From Octopus sinensis (lineage: Eukaryota): DNA of 64,000 nucleotides. The notes beneath the pieces are model-generated. The model was not told where the DNA came from. It worked only from the letters and a program-made list of their open reading frames with translations, and did no database searches. This document shows positions 26,354-37,027 of this stretch, piece by piece. Made by a program: the position numbers and the translations under genes. Every line of letters starts with the position of its first letter. The stretch's first letter is position 1. The stretch spans positions 110,670,001 to 110,734,000 of the forward strand of contig NC_042997.1 of the NCBI RefSeq assembly GCF_006345805.1, read 5' to 3'.

Positions 26354-27643
26354 ATGTCTGGAAAGCAACAAACAAAATTAACAGAATCAGAAAGAATTCT
26401 AATGGAAATTTCATCGAAATTATCAACACTCATCACGATGATTGACACACAATCCTCTATTTTAAAGGAAATAGAAAAACAGTCTACAGACGGAAAACTT
26501 GGAAATGAACACATAAACTCTGAAATTAAGAATTTAGCTGAAATGATACCAACAATTATAAAATCTACAAGAGAAAGCCTACCACAACCTCCTTGGATGT
26601 CAGAAATAAACGAAAGAAATCTGGAAAAAGAGGCACACCGAAAAAGAGAAGAGATACAGAAGACATGGAAAAAACTCCTTAACATAAGAAAACAAAACTT
26701 CTGGAAGGCATATAAATGCGAAAAATATGCTGAAATACATTCGAAATGGATATCTTTAGCGGCACCCATACTTCCTCGGAAGTACCTAATTAAAGAAATT
26801 GCAGGAGAACCAGAGGAAGAAACTAAACTTCGATGGGACCTTAGTTTGATAAAATTCAGGACCGACATCTCCATTACCCTGTCTAAACAATCCCGCTACA
26901 AAGCCAAATACGAAGCTATCGATGATCAAATCAGAGATGAAATATCGAAACTAACGACCGGCAATATAGCAGAAAAAATGCGAGAACTATGGATCAGAGA
27001 TATCTCAAAAGAAGAAAGCAGATCAAGAAAGTTTTGGCAGCGGAAACAATTATTTCTCGACAAATATGCTACAAACTACGGTAAAGACAACAGAGCTCCG
27101 AGAAATAGCATTAAAAGTGGACAACCTCACCAACGCAACATACACCAGAACACGTGGCAACATGAACACCTGTTTCACCACGAATCGAAGACGAACTACG
27201 GTAAGAACTCTTCCCATTTTGTATGCAAACACCCCAATGCACACAACATGAACAAAAAGCACAAACAAAATAGATATTGTTTTGAACAGACCATTAGCAG
27301 TAGAAATAACAGATCATTTTCAAGACCTCAACAGAGATTACCCACAAGAAACTGGACAAAAAACCGATCTAGATCTAGAAGTAAACCCAGATCATTTCTC
27401 CAGGTGGTTAAAAACAATGCTAACAAGAAATTGAAAAGTAGCATACATAATACCAAAAACAAGACAGAAAACATAACGAAACCAAGTAAAGTACCACAAC
27501 CAAAACGCAAAATTCATCAAGCAAACATCAACAGGAATATAAATCATAACCAGAAAAAAATCCATTTTTTTACGTCAGGACAACAAACACCGGAGAAAGA
27601 AAAAATCCAAGAGGAAACATACCCCAAACAACTGAACGTATAG
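26354..27643 (+). CDS. PLE upstream ORF / N-terminal region (~430 aa from the first ATG at 26354): helical charged N-part, then K/R/N/S-rich basic part with RSRSRS
   Basis: Long stop-free frame (track 26264..27643) with non-microsatellite composition inside the element. No domain recognised. It overlaps the start of the frame encoding IINLSK...LLSKGLKFTPTP. Confidence 0.7.
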   Translation: MSGKQQTKLTESERILMEISSKLSTLITMIDTQSSILKEIEKQSTDGKLGNEHINSEIKNLAEMIPTIIKSTRESLPQPPWMSEINERNLEKEAHRKREEIQKTWKKLLNIRKQNFWKAYKCEKYAEIHSKWISLAAPILPRKYLIKEIAGEPEEETKLRWDLSLIKFRTDISITLSKQSRYKAKYEAIDDQIRDEISKLTTGNIAEKMRELWIRDISKEESRSRKFWQRKQLFLDKYATNYGKDNRAPRNSIKSGQPHQRNIHQNTWQHEHLFHHESKTNYGKNSSHFVCKHPNAHNMNKKHKQNRYCFEQTISSRNNRSFSRPQQRLPTRNWTKNRSRSRSKPRSFLQVVKNNANKKLKSSIHNTKNKTENITKPSKVPQPKRKIHQANINRNINHNQKKIHFFTSGQQTPEKEKIQEETYPKQLNV

Positions 27644-27755
27644 ATCCTAAAATAATTAATTTATCAAAAAGAGATTTTGACAATGATGAAATCCAACTTC
27701 TGTCAAAAGGACTGAAATTCACACCTACACCAACAGCCAACCACCAAGAATTAAG

Positions 27756-29876
27756 GAGGATATCCAAAAATTCTGTCGAAAATTACGACTTGTAGAATTC
27801 TTCGCTAACAAAAGTAATGAGATTGATGAATCCCTAGTAAGGAATAAATCAAATTTCACCCCACCAAAAGGAAGAAATAACTACCTTGACCAATACATTG
27901 ATATCCTGTCTAAATTTCCCCTTAGACGCAATACCAATGTTAGGCCAAACATTAGCAAATCAGAGATGTCTGCATGTAAACGTATACAAAACGATCAAAC
28001 AATAATAATTAAACAAGCAGATAAAGGTGGTGCAATTGTTATTATGGATACCGAATACTATAAGGATTTGGTTGAAGACCAACTGAAGGATACAACCTTC
28101 TATTGTGAAATACCCGCAAATATAGACCACCACATCATGAAAAAGATCAACAACCTGATTTCAACACACCACAACTCACTTACGGATAATGAAAAAGACT
28201 ACATCACCAATTTTGAACCAAAACCCAGCAACTTCTACGGCTTACCAAAAATACACAAATCAAAAAACATTCAACAGGCAGTAAAAGAACAAGAAAGTGA
28301 GTACATAAAATTATTACATCCAAAAGACCTAAAACTTAGACCTATTATAGCTGGTCCAGCATGCCCTACACACCGTCTAAGCAATTTTATTGACATTGTT
28401 TTGAAACCACTATGTACTTACATACCAAGTTTCATCAGGGATGACATCGACTTCCTGTCCCATCTTCCCAAAACAACAGGAACAAATTCAGTTTTACTAA
28501 GTTTTGATGTGGTAAGCCTCTACACCAATATTCCACACGATTTAGGAATAAAGGCGATTAAATACTGGTTAGAAAAACATAGAGAAGTGATTCCCAGCAG
28601 ATTCACAGTGCCATTTATATTAGACACAGTCAAGCTTATTCTAGAAAATAACACATTCTTCTTCAATGGAAAGAATTACATCCAAATTAGAGGCACGGCG
28701 ATGGGAACGAGGTTTGCTCCCGTTTACGCCAACTCTGTAATGGGATACTTAGAAGAACAACTCTACCAAGAGGTGGAGGTAAACTATGGCACTGGGTTTA
28801 GAAAGTATATTGAAAAGGCATGGAAGAGATACCTAGACGACTGTTTCATAATCTGGACAGAATCTCTAAATACTCTGGAAGAGTTCAATATCCTCCTGAA
28901 CAACCTACACCCATCTCTCCAATTTACAAAGGAGATGAGTAGTACCAAATTACCATTCCTGGATATAATGGTAATTAAAAAAGACACCACCATCACCACA
29001 GATATATACTATAAACACACAGACACACATCAATACCTAAATTTTAAGTCGTGCCATCCACCACATACAAAACGTAACATCCCATACTGCCTAGCCAGAA
29101 GAATTTGTACTATTGTAGAAGATGCAAATATCAGGAACAAACGCCTAATAGAACTAAGAGAATTTTTGCTCAAACAAAAATACCCATCTCTACTTATAGA
29201 AAATGGCATACAGCGGGCTATAAAAATACCTATACAACAACTTAGGACAACCCAAGGAAGAGGAAAACAAGAACAAGTCATACCATTCATAGTGACACAC
29301 AACCCATGTCACCAGAATATCTTCAACATTGCCAAAGCAAACCTACCAATCATTGCCCAAAGTAATGAATTAAAAGACATAATCACGGATCGAGCTATGG
29401 TGCTTAGTAAAAGACAGCCTAAAAACTTGAAAACATTACTAACAAAGGCAAAATTTGACCTCAGCAACAAAGACCAAACATTCACGGTATCTAAATGCAA
29501 TGATAGCCGATGTGGCACATGCCAATTCATACATACCGGTCAATATATAAACACAAAAACCGGGAAAATATTCACAAACGCGAATATGAACTGCAAAAGC
29601 AGAAATTTAATTTACTGCATCAAATGCCCAAATTGTGAAGAAATATATGTAGGTCAGACGGGAAACGCACTATTAGAACGCTCACGTGTACACCGGCAAC
29701 AGATTAGAGACCCAGAGGTCCGTCAGATACCTTTGAGTAACCACCTAGCAACATGTGGTCGGAAAATATATATAATATTTCCATTCTACAAATTACACAG
29801 CCCAAGTGAAATCGAGAGGAAAATCAGAGAAAAGAATTTTATTGATAAATTCGAACCCAAACTAAATAAGCAATAA
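27756..29876 (+). CDS. PLE reverse transcriptase + C-terminal GIY-YIG endonuclease. The frame is open upstream of the 27966 ATG; the conserved N-terminal block at 27652-27732 is in the adjacent frame.
   Basis: Motifs: KQADKGGAIVIMD, FYGLPKIHK, RPIIA, LSFDVVSLYTNIPH (RT A), GTAMGTRFAP (B'), KRYLDDCF (C), LPFLDI (E), CNDSRCGTC linker, NLIYCIKCPNCEEIYVGQTG (GIY-YIG), HRQQI and NHL (CCHH), EKNFIDKFEPKLN. Stop at 29874-29876 falls in the (AAT)n run. Confidence 0.95.
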   Translation, partial: EDIQKFCRKLRLVEFFANKSNEIDESLVRNKSNFTPPKGRNNYLDQYIDILSKFPLRRNTNVRPNISKSEMSACKRIQNDQTIIIKQADKGGAIVIMDTEYYKDLVEDQLKDTTFYCEIPANIDHHIMKKINNLISTHHNSLTDNEKDYITNFEPKPSNFYGLPKIHKSKNIQQAVKEQESEYIKLLHPKDLKLRPIIAGPACPTHRLSNFIDIVLKPLCTYIPSFIRDDIDFLSHLPKTTGTNSVLLSFDVVSLYTNIPHDLGIKAIKYWLEKHREVIPSRFTVPFILDTVKLILENNTFFFNGKNYIQIRGTAMGTRFAPVYANSVMGYLEEQLYQEVEVNYGTGFRKYIEKAWKRYLDDCFIIWTESLNTLEEFNILLNNLHPSLQFTKEMSSTKLPFLDIMVIKKDTTITTDIYYKHTDTHQYLNFKSCHPPHTKRNIPYCLARRICTIVEDANIRNKRLIELREFLLKQKYPSLLIENGIQRAIKIPIQQLRTTQGRGKQEQVIPFIVTHNPCHQNIFNIAKANLPIIAQSNELKDIITDRAMVLSKRQPKNLKTLLTKAKFDLSNKDQTFTVSKCNDSRCGTCQFIHTGQYINTKTGKIFTNANMNCKSRNLIYCIKCPNCEEIYVGQTGNALLERSRVHRQQIRDPEVRQIPLSNHLATCGRKIYIIFPFYKLHSPSEIERKIREKNFIDKFEPKLNKQ

Positions 29877-30559
29877 TAATAATAATAATACTTAGAGGTA
29901 TTACTTCCACTGCTACGACCATGACCACTAACAACAACAACAATACTAAAGGTGATCAAGACGAAGATAGCAGGAAAATTATCTTATTTAGGGTTAAAAG
30001 TTCTATTGCCATAACCATCACCACTAGCAACAATAATTAAGGTGCTGACAATGATGATGATGACAATTGAAATATAAAAATATAAAAATCTCTGACAAAG
30101 GATATTTACAACATTTCTAAAAATAACCCAACAATTGCTGCTTCGGCCAGGGTCAAGATACAGGACTTTTGACATGTCCAACAAAGCGTGATGCCTAAAC
30201 CAATCAGCTCAACCAACCAATCAGCTTAAGTAATTGAGTGATACTACACACTGATTGGTCAGAATACAGTTTGCAAAACCTAGCACTCTGGAGCCTACCC
30301 AGCTGTATTTATAGCACAGAATCAATCATCTTGCTACAGTCAAAAATTGTGAAGCATGACTGTCAACACTACTACATGAACCCGAAGATTGCAGAATTCA
30401 ATGCATGAAAGTACTAGTTCAATCAGAATGAATATTTAACATTCTACTATTTCATTTTATTTTATTCAATTATAATATATTATCTTATAATATATCATTA
30501 TAAGATTGTAAATAAAACGTGAAAATCAGACAAGGTTGGAATTCTTTTTATTAATATAT
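29738..30559 (+). repeat. 3' pseudo-LTR (822 bp) of the PLE
   Basis: Direct repeat of 25469-26287; ends at TTAATATAT and runs into the (TA)n array. Confidence 0.95.
30377..30421 (+). ncRNA. Variant minimal hammerhead ribozyme in the 3' pLTR (predicted)
   Basis: Identical to 26105-26149; predicted cut after 30416. Confidence 0.65.
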
Positions 30560-30657
30560 ATATATATATATGTATATGTTATATATATATATATATATAT
30601 ATGTATATGTATATATATTAATATATATATATATATGTATTATATATTATATATATG

Positions 30658-30692
<35 letters not shown>

Positions 30693-31329
30693 GTATAATA
30701 TATATTATGTATATATGTATATATTATATATATATATATATAGTATATATATATATATATGTATATTATATATATGTATATTATATATATATGTATATAT
30801 GTATATATTATATATATATATATATTATATATATATATATATATTATATATATAATATATATAAAAGCTGGCCTCTGTGCCAATGGCACGTAAAAAACAC
30901 CATTCGAGTGTGATCGTTACCTGCGTCGCCTTACTGGCACTTGTGCTGGTGGTACGGGAAAAAAACATTTGAGCGAGGTCGTTGCCAGTACCCCTGGACT
31001 GGCTCCCCATGCAGGTGGCACATAAAAAGCACCATTTGAGCATGGCCATTGCCAATACCGCCTGACTGGCCCTCGTGCCGGTGGCACATAAAAGCACCCA
31101 CTACATTCTCGGAGTGGTTGGTGTTAGGAAGGGCATCCAGCTGTAGAAACTCCGCTTGATCAGATTGGAGTCTGGTGCAGCCATCTGGTTCGCCAGTTCT
31201 CAGTCAAATCGTCCAACCCATGCCAGCATGGAAAGCGGATGTTAAACGATGATGATGATGATGATATACACACACACAGACTATATGTACCCAAAAATGG
31301 CTTGTTGGGTCATAACCACTCCAAGTTGA

Positions 31330-31611
31330 AAATGTTGATGCACAACAGGAAAGGAAAAAAATACTATTTTGAACTTTATGTAATAAAATTTTTTGATAAT
31401 ACAGTTTCCCTGCCTTTGGTGTGACAACATAAAGACAACCAAGTGTTTCTTCTTTGAAAACGTTCAAATAACCTTCAACTTTTTTTCCTCGCTTTCTTCT
31501 CCTTTGCCATTCATTGTTATTATTGTTCCAAGTGAAATATACGGGTACTTCAGCATAAAGCAATGTCTTTGTAAAGTCATCATTGATGCACAATGAAAAC
31601 AATTCTGTCAA
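31330..31611 (-). pseudogene. Helitron Rep/helicase linker fragment
   Basis: LLYAEVPVYFTWNNNNNEWQRRRKRG...TLGCLYVVTPKAGKLYYQKILLHKV matches the Helitron RepHel pattern LY.E.P.YY.W...W.RR.....IGRLY.V.P..GE.YYLR.LL. Confidence 0.72.
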
Positions 31612-32559
31612 TGTTGTTCATCGACTTCCACGGGCACAAGTGCCTTACTGGCACTTGTGTCCATGCTATTAGGGTGCTGAGAACACCATCCGAGCGTGAT
31701 CGTTGCCAGAGCAGTCAACTGGCTTCTGTGCCGGTGGCACGTAAAAGGGCACCATTCAACGTCACCTTACTGGTACCTGTGCCGGTGGCATGTGTAAAAA
31801 GATTCAAGCGAGGTCGTTGCCAGTACCGTCTGACTGGCACCCGTGCCGGTGGCACATAAAAAGCACCCACTACACTCTTGGAGTGGCTGGCGTTAGGAAG
31901 GGCATCCAGCTGTAGAAACTATGCCAGATCAAGATTGGAACCTGGTGCAGCCATCTGGTTCGCCAGCCCTCAATCAAAGTCGTCCAACCCATGCTAGGAT
32001 GGAAAGTGGACGTTAAGCGATGATGATGATAATATATATATTCCCATGATTTTTGAGCAACATTCTTTGTTCATCTGGGGTTGATGAACTTGCAGTCTCA
32101 TTATTGCAGTTGCTCTTTCTTGAATTAAAAATTCTAAAATAGCTGCAACTGCTTCGAATGGTCCAATACACCTCTCCGCTAGATATTAACTAATTTCGTT
32201 TTCACAGCAGCTTGCGTACTTGATGACATACTTAATTGACCTCACCAAGGCAACAATTTCAACCCAGTGCACTCTCTAAAGTGGTTGGCATTAGGAAGGG
32301 CATCCAACAGTAGATATCATGCTAAAACAAACAATTGGAGCCTGGTGCAGCTCTCTGGCTTGCCAGCTCCTGTCAAAACCATCCGACCCATACCAGCATG
32401 GAAAAACAGACCTAAGATGATGATGATGATAGGTAGCTGGATTAACAATAAAGGCCTTAAGAAGAAAACTATTTTATTTTTTTTAAATTTTAGCATTTTT
32501 CAAAGGAGTCTGAGAAAGCAATTGTAATAATCAAATTAAATTATTTGCTCAATACCAGC

Positions 32560-33040
32560 TGATGTCCTCCACTACACCAATTTTCCAAAGACTCTAAAAT
32601 TGGCTAAAATCATGAAATATGATATTTGTGTTGGATCTCTCTACCAAAGCATTTCAAGCTTCATCCAAAATGATGTTGGAATAATGTTAAATAGTCTTCG
32701 ATGCTGCAGAAGCCATGCTGTTTGGGATTTGTTACAGTCGCTGTCCAGGAAGTCTGTTATTCTTCCTCTCATCTCTCTCCTTAACACTGGAATGGTATGA
32801 GAGGTAAATGAGATTTGATGCTAATTTACTGCAAATAACTTGCTTCCCTTCTTGAAGACTGGAATGACAGATTAAAATAGAAAACGGTCTGATATATAAG
32901 GTGTGTTCTGTAATTTCCTCCAGAGATTAGCTAGAAGGGATGTAAGCTGGTGTTAACTTCCTTTCAGATACAAACAAGGAATATATCAGAGCTTTCTGCT
33001 GGATGGATTTCAGATCCATGGACACCATAGGCAGCAATAA
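32560..33040 (-). pseudogene. Highly decayed CR1/Jockey-group LINE RT fragment
   Basis: Minus strand: VIPVFKKGSKLFAVN*HQISFTSH (cf. IPxFKKG..NYRPISLTS) at ~32800-32868; HGF (QHGF-like) at ~32709-32720; IIFHDFS (cf. IYLDF). Confidence 0.65.
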
Positions 33041-33336
33041 ATAAGAATTTTATTTTATTTATTGCTACTTTGACGTCCATGGTGCTGAAAGCTCTGTCAG
33101 GAATGATATTATATTTATTTAATTAATTTTGCGCAAGTCAACCACATCAACATCACTGAAAATGGAACAGTATTGTTTCTGTAGAATCTCCTCACCACCA
33201 CCATTCCTTTGGCTTTGTGGATAATGGATGAAACAATGGTTCTGCATTCATTGGTAAATGAGTAGATCACTTTTGGGTTATTTTCTAAACAGACCAATCT
33301 TCACTGGTCCTTTGATTATTATTATTATTATTATTA

Positions 33337-34610
33337 CGAGGGGCGTTCAGTAAGTAATGCCCCTGACCCACTTCCCAAAGCAGTAGAGCAACGAAACTTG
33401 GCACAGTTATTAGTCTTTTTCTACATAGGAATCACCCAGAGTTACGCATTTCTCCCATCGTTTGATGTGGCTCTGGAGACTGTTTTTGTAGAAGAACCCA
33501 GCTTGGTCCTCCAACCTCAACGTGACTTCAGAAATCAAGGCTGCATCATCTGGGAAACACTTTCCTTTCAAAAACAACTTCATGATTGGGAAGAGGTGAA
33601 AATCAGAGGGTGCAAGGTCAGGAAAGTAGGGGGGATGGGGAGGAGTTCATAGCCATACGCCTGTGCTTCTGATCTGGTGACAAGCGTTGTCCTGCAGGAG
33701 GAGGATGCCTTTGCTGATCTTGCCCCGCCTCTTGATTTTGATAACTTCTCTTAATTTCCTCAAAAGTGAAGCATAATAGGCTCCTGCAATTGTGGTACCC
33801 TTTGCCAGGAAATCTGTCATCACTACTCCGTCCTGGTCCCAGAAGACTGTGAGCCTGACCTTGCCAGCAGAGGGCTGCACCCTTGCCTTCTTTGGAGGGA
33901 GTGAGTCACGGTGCTTCCACTGCATTGACTGGGATTTGGTCTCTGGATCATCGTGATGGACCCAGATTTCATCCTGTGTAATCAGTCTTTTGAAAAATTT
34001 TGACTCATCTTCTTGGCACATCTCCAAATTCACCCTCGAGCACTCGACGTGTTCTTGCTTCTGGAAAGGCGTGAGCAACCTGGGAATCCATCTGGCAGAC
34101 ACCTTTTGCATATGCAAATGGTCATGAATGATAGTTTCCACAGACCCGGTACTAATCTTGACCCCATGGGCTATTTGGCGAATAATTATGCGTCGATCTT
34201 CCAAAATGGCAGCCTCAACTTGACAGACAGATGCCTCATCAATGGCAGAAGGGGGCGACCAGATCTGGGAGCTGTTTCCACAGAGTTCTGACCATGTTTG
34301 AATTCACGATGCCAGCGTTTTACAAGGTCATATGATGGGGCATCATCACCATAAGTTACTTTCATTTCATCAAAAGTCTCCCGTGGTGTGCGTCCTTTCA
34401 AATACAAAAACCGGATCACTGCTCGACACTCAACAGGCTCCATTTCACACTTGACTCGGTTCAAACACCTGTAAATCAGAAACCACAATTAATTCAGAGC
34501 TGTAATTTGCCACTTACTCTATAGAGATATAAATGATTGCACATGCAAAATTTCAGCTAGATCAAACAACTGCAAGTGGGTCAGAGGCATTACTTATTGA
34601 ACGTCCCTCA
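33337..34610 (-). mobile_element. Full-length decayed mariner (Tc1/mariner, DD34D type) DNA transposon, 1274 bp
   Basis: 37-bp TIRs (33337-33373, 34574-34610; 4 mismatches) and TA target duplication at both ends. Confidence 0.93.
33410..34443 (-). pseudogene. Mariner transposase pseudogene (frameshifts, small deletion)
   Basis: MEPVECRAVIRFL...PRSGRP, WIPRLLT, ITQDEIWVHH, LLQDNA and, in a shifted frame, HPPYFPDLAPSDFHLF...EKD*. Confidence 0.9.
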
Positions 34611-34944
34611 TATAATGGTAACTTCTATTCTGTTCTACAGATAATATTTTTCCAATTCTACCATTGTTATTGCTGCCAAATGGGGCTGCTGCTGTAGCTA
34701 ATTGCTTTTTCTGTTAATTTCCTTTTGCGTGCCTTCATTTGTTTTAGTCCATGTGTAACGATGGTGGTGTGGTCTAAGTATATCTTGCATGTTTCTAACT
34801 GCAACAACTGTGACCTCAAGTAGCTCTGAAGAGGTTTCGATGGGAAGCTGGCCATAAAAGAGTCATCGGCAAGCGAGAGGTCATGTATTATGACACTCCA
34901 GTTTGCTTGTGCAACTCAGTACTATCAATTAGGTGTGCTGGGGT

Positions 34945-35096
34945 AAGTCTGGCTTAATCTTTGAGTCTGGCTTAATCTTTGAGTCTGGCTTAATCTTTGA
35001 GTCTGGCTTAACCTCCGAGTCTGGCTTAACCTCCGAGTCTGGCTTAACCTCCGAGTCTGGCTTAACCTCCGAGTCTGGCTTAACCTTCGAGTCTGG
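34945..35096. repeat. 18-bp minisatellite, ~8.4 units (GAGTCTGGCTTAAYCTYY)
   Basis: Three ATCTTT-type units followed by ACCTCC-type units. Confidence 0.92.
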
Positions 35097-35945
35097 GGTA
35101 GGTCAGGCTGGAAGAGGTTATAAGTGACAGTACAAAAGAATGGCAGGGTAGAGAGTAAGAGTAAAATGAAACCATAGGGAGATGATGGGGTGAGAGGCAG
35201 GGTGCACAGTGATAGATGGAGGTCAGAGGAATGTAGGAATGAAAATATTGATAAAGGTAGAGGATCATCAAAAGCAGACCACAACACAGAATCTCTTGTT
35301 GCCAATTTTGTTGAGATGGCGCTGTCACATCTGCAGTGTCAGGAACATGCCACATATTGCCCAAATGACGTGAGCATCAAGGGTGAAAAATCACTAAAGG
35401 CTATGATTTTGTGAAGGGCACTCCTTGTAAAAACCCACATTGCAAATTATTTTACAACTGCTTTATTCAACCTATTCTACAAATTAGTTACCCCACTGTT
35501 TCTGGTGTTTCGAAGCGCATCCAACCATAGGAAGCATACCAAATCAGTCATTGGAACCTGGTGCAATCCTCTGGCTTGCCAGCTCCTGCTGAATCATCCA
35601 ACCCTTGCTGACATGAATGGAGGATGTTAAATGATGTTGATTTGCAAAGAAAGACATGAATGAAGGAAAAGATTCCATAAACTTTAAATGGTAACCAGAC
35701 ATCTTTTTCCGAGAAATAAGCAAATCACTGCCGGCCAGATTCTAACAGGAATTCCTCCATGAGTGGATTGTGAGGTGTTAGAATAATGGACATCACGAGG
35801 GAGAGCGATTAGACATGGCTTGCGCTGCATGTGTTTAGCTAAATATTAGTGTGTGTGTGTGTCTGCATGCATAAGTAAATACATGTATGCATGTATCTAT
35901 ATACATGCATTTGCATGGGATAAGATATGCATGTGTATATGTGTG

Positions 35946-35984
<39 letters not shown>

Positions 35985-36038
35985 CATGTGTGTGTGTATA
36001 TATATGTGCACATGCACACAATTGCATCATTGTAGATG

Positions 36039-36199
36039 TTTATAAGCCATTTAAGAACACACAAAATACTATGCTGCACGAAGTTTTGTCAGTGAATAGG
36101 TTGCGGTTCCAAAGCGCCGAAAATATTTTAACACAAATTAAATTTAAATGTTGAAGTGAATCTAATGGTTTTTTTGTGTGTTCTTAAATGGCTTATAAA
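36039..36199. repeat. 28-bp perfect inverted repeat (36039-36066 / 36172-36199) enclosing a degenerate hammerhead-like motif (36088-36132 +)
   Basis: TTTATAAGCCATTTAAGAACACACAAAA and its reverse complement. Inside: gtca-GTGAATA-ggttgc...gcgcc-GAAA-ATAT-TT-taac. Confidence 0.55.
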
Positions 36200-37027
36200 T
36201 ACCTTCCATACTGCAATTGTTTTTGTTTCAGCACATGGTCTCAAATCAGGTCACTTGCTATGCAAGTAGATCTCCATATTATATATATATAGTTCAAATT
36301 TATAGAAAACAAAAGATGACAGGTGAGGGAACAGCAAGCAGGTGTATTAGTTTGGTACTAGGGAAGAATGGAAAAGTCGTCGACATTTCGATATAAAGTT
36401 CTTTTTCTTACTGATATAATGTTCAAATTTCTTCCCAATGGAGAAAGACCCAGTTGTTTATAATGCAGAAATAGGCTCTTTTATTGAAATTTAGATACCA
36501 GTGGTGTGTGTGTGTGTGTGTAGATAGATGGATGTACACAAATTTGCATATATACAAACATGGATGCTTGTGGACTTGTCTGTTTTGACTCTTATGCATA
36601 CATTTGTACCAGTTTGTATGTCTACATGTGTACATGCATGTCTACATGTGTACATGTGTGTATGCATATCAGTTACTGTGTAATAATTCAATCAGTCAAG
36701 CGAGCTCAATATCTGTCAAAATTAAACCCATTCTTCCTTTGAGACAATTACGTTAGGAGAGGTTACTATAGTTTCATATCAGCTGAGATCATTGAGTCAA
36801 ACAGATTCAATTAATTCCTTGCCAGCTTATCAGACAATGTGGAAACAAACAAAATATGGCTGATGAGAAAGAACAAGAATAACAGAACATAATGTTATTT
36901 GGTGCAGCAAGAAATAAATCATTACAGGATAAATAATTGAACTGTTGGTTAATTAAGATTGAATTTATTCCCTTCACTGGAGCCAGTGATACTCAAAAAA
37001 TATCTCATCAAATATAATTGCCTAGAA

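Larger units (their letters stand above)
25469..30559 (+). mobile_element. Penelope-like retroelement (C-terminal EN+, Neptune-like), partial-tandem pLTR-ORF-pLTR structure, inserted in a (TA)n microsatellite
   Basis: Direct repeats at 25469-26287 and 29738-30559 flank RT + GIY-YIG coding sequence. The 5' repeat starts inside the last ~45 codons of the ORF (NHLATCGRK...KLNKQ*). TA arrays lie on both sides (25350-25470, 30553-30865). No TG..CA ends and no integrase. The CxxxxCxxC linker (CNDSRCGTC) before the EN suggests the Neptune group (established knowledge; clade call is inference). Confidence 0.93.

Noticed and set aside
27756-29876. Naiad/Chlamys-type permuted PLE or selenoprotein recoding
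   Set aside because: The endonuclease is C-terminal and the RT-EN frame has no in-frame TGA.
25469-30559. LTR retrotransposon interpretation of the direct repeats
   Set aside because: No TG..CA termini, PBS/PPT, protease or integrase; the repeat contains the ORF 3' end; the RT/EN motifs are PLE-type.
30536-30913. 125-aa ORF sharing its start with ORF1
   Set aside because: Only the first ~8 codons come from the pLTR; the rest is (TA)n.
34825-34860. Hammerhead at CTGAAGA-GGTTTC..GAAGCT
   Set aside because: No GAAA or NUH follows the putative stem II.
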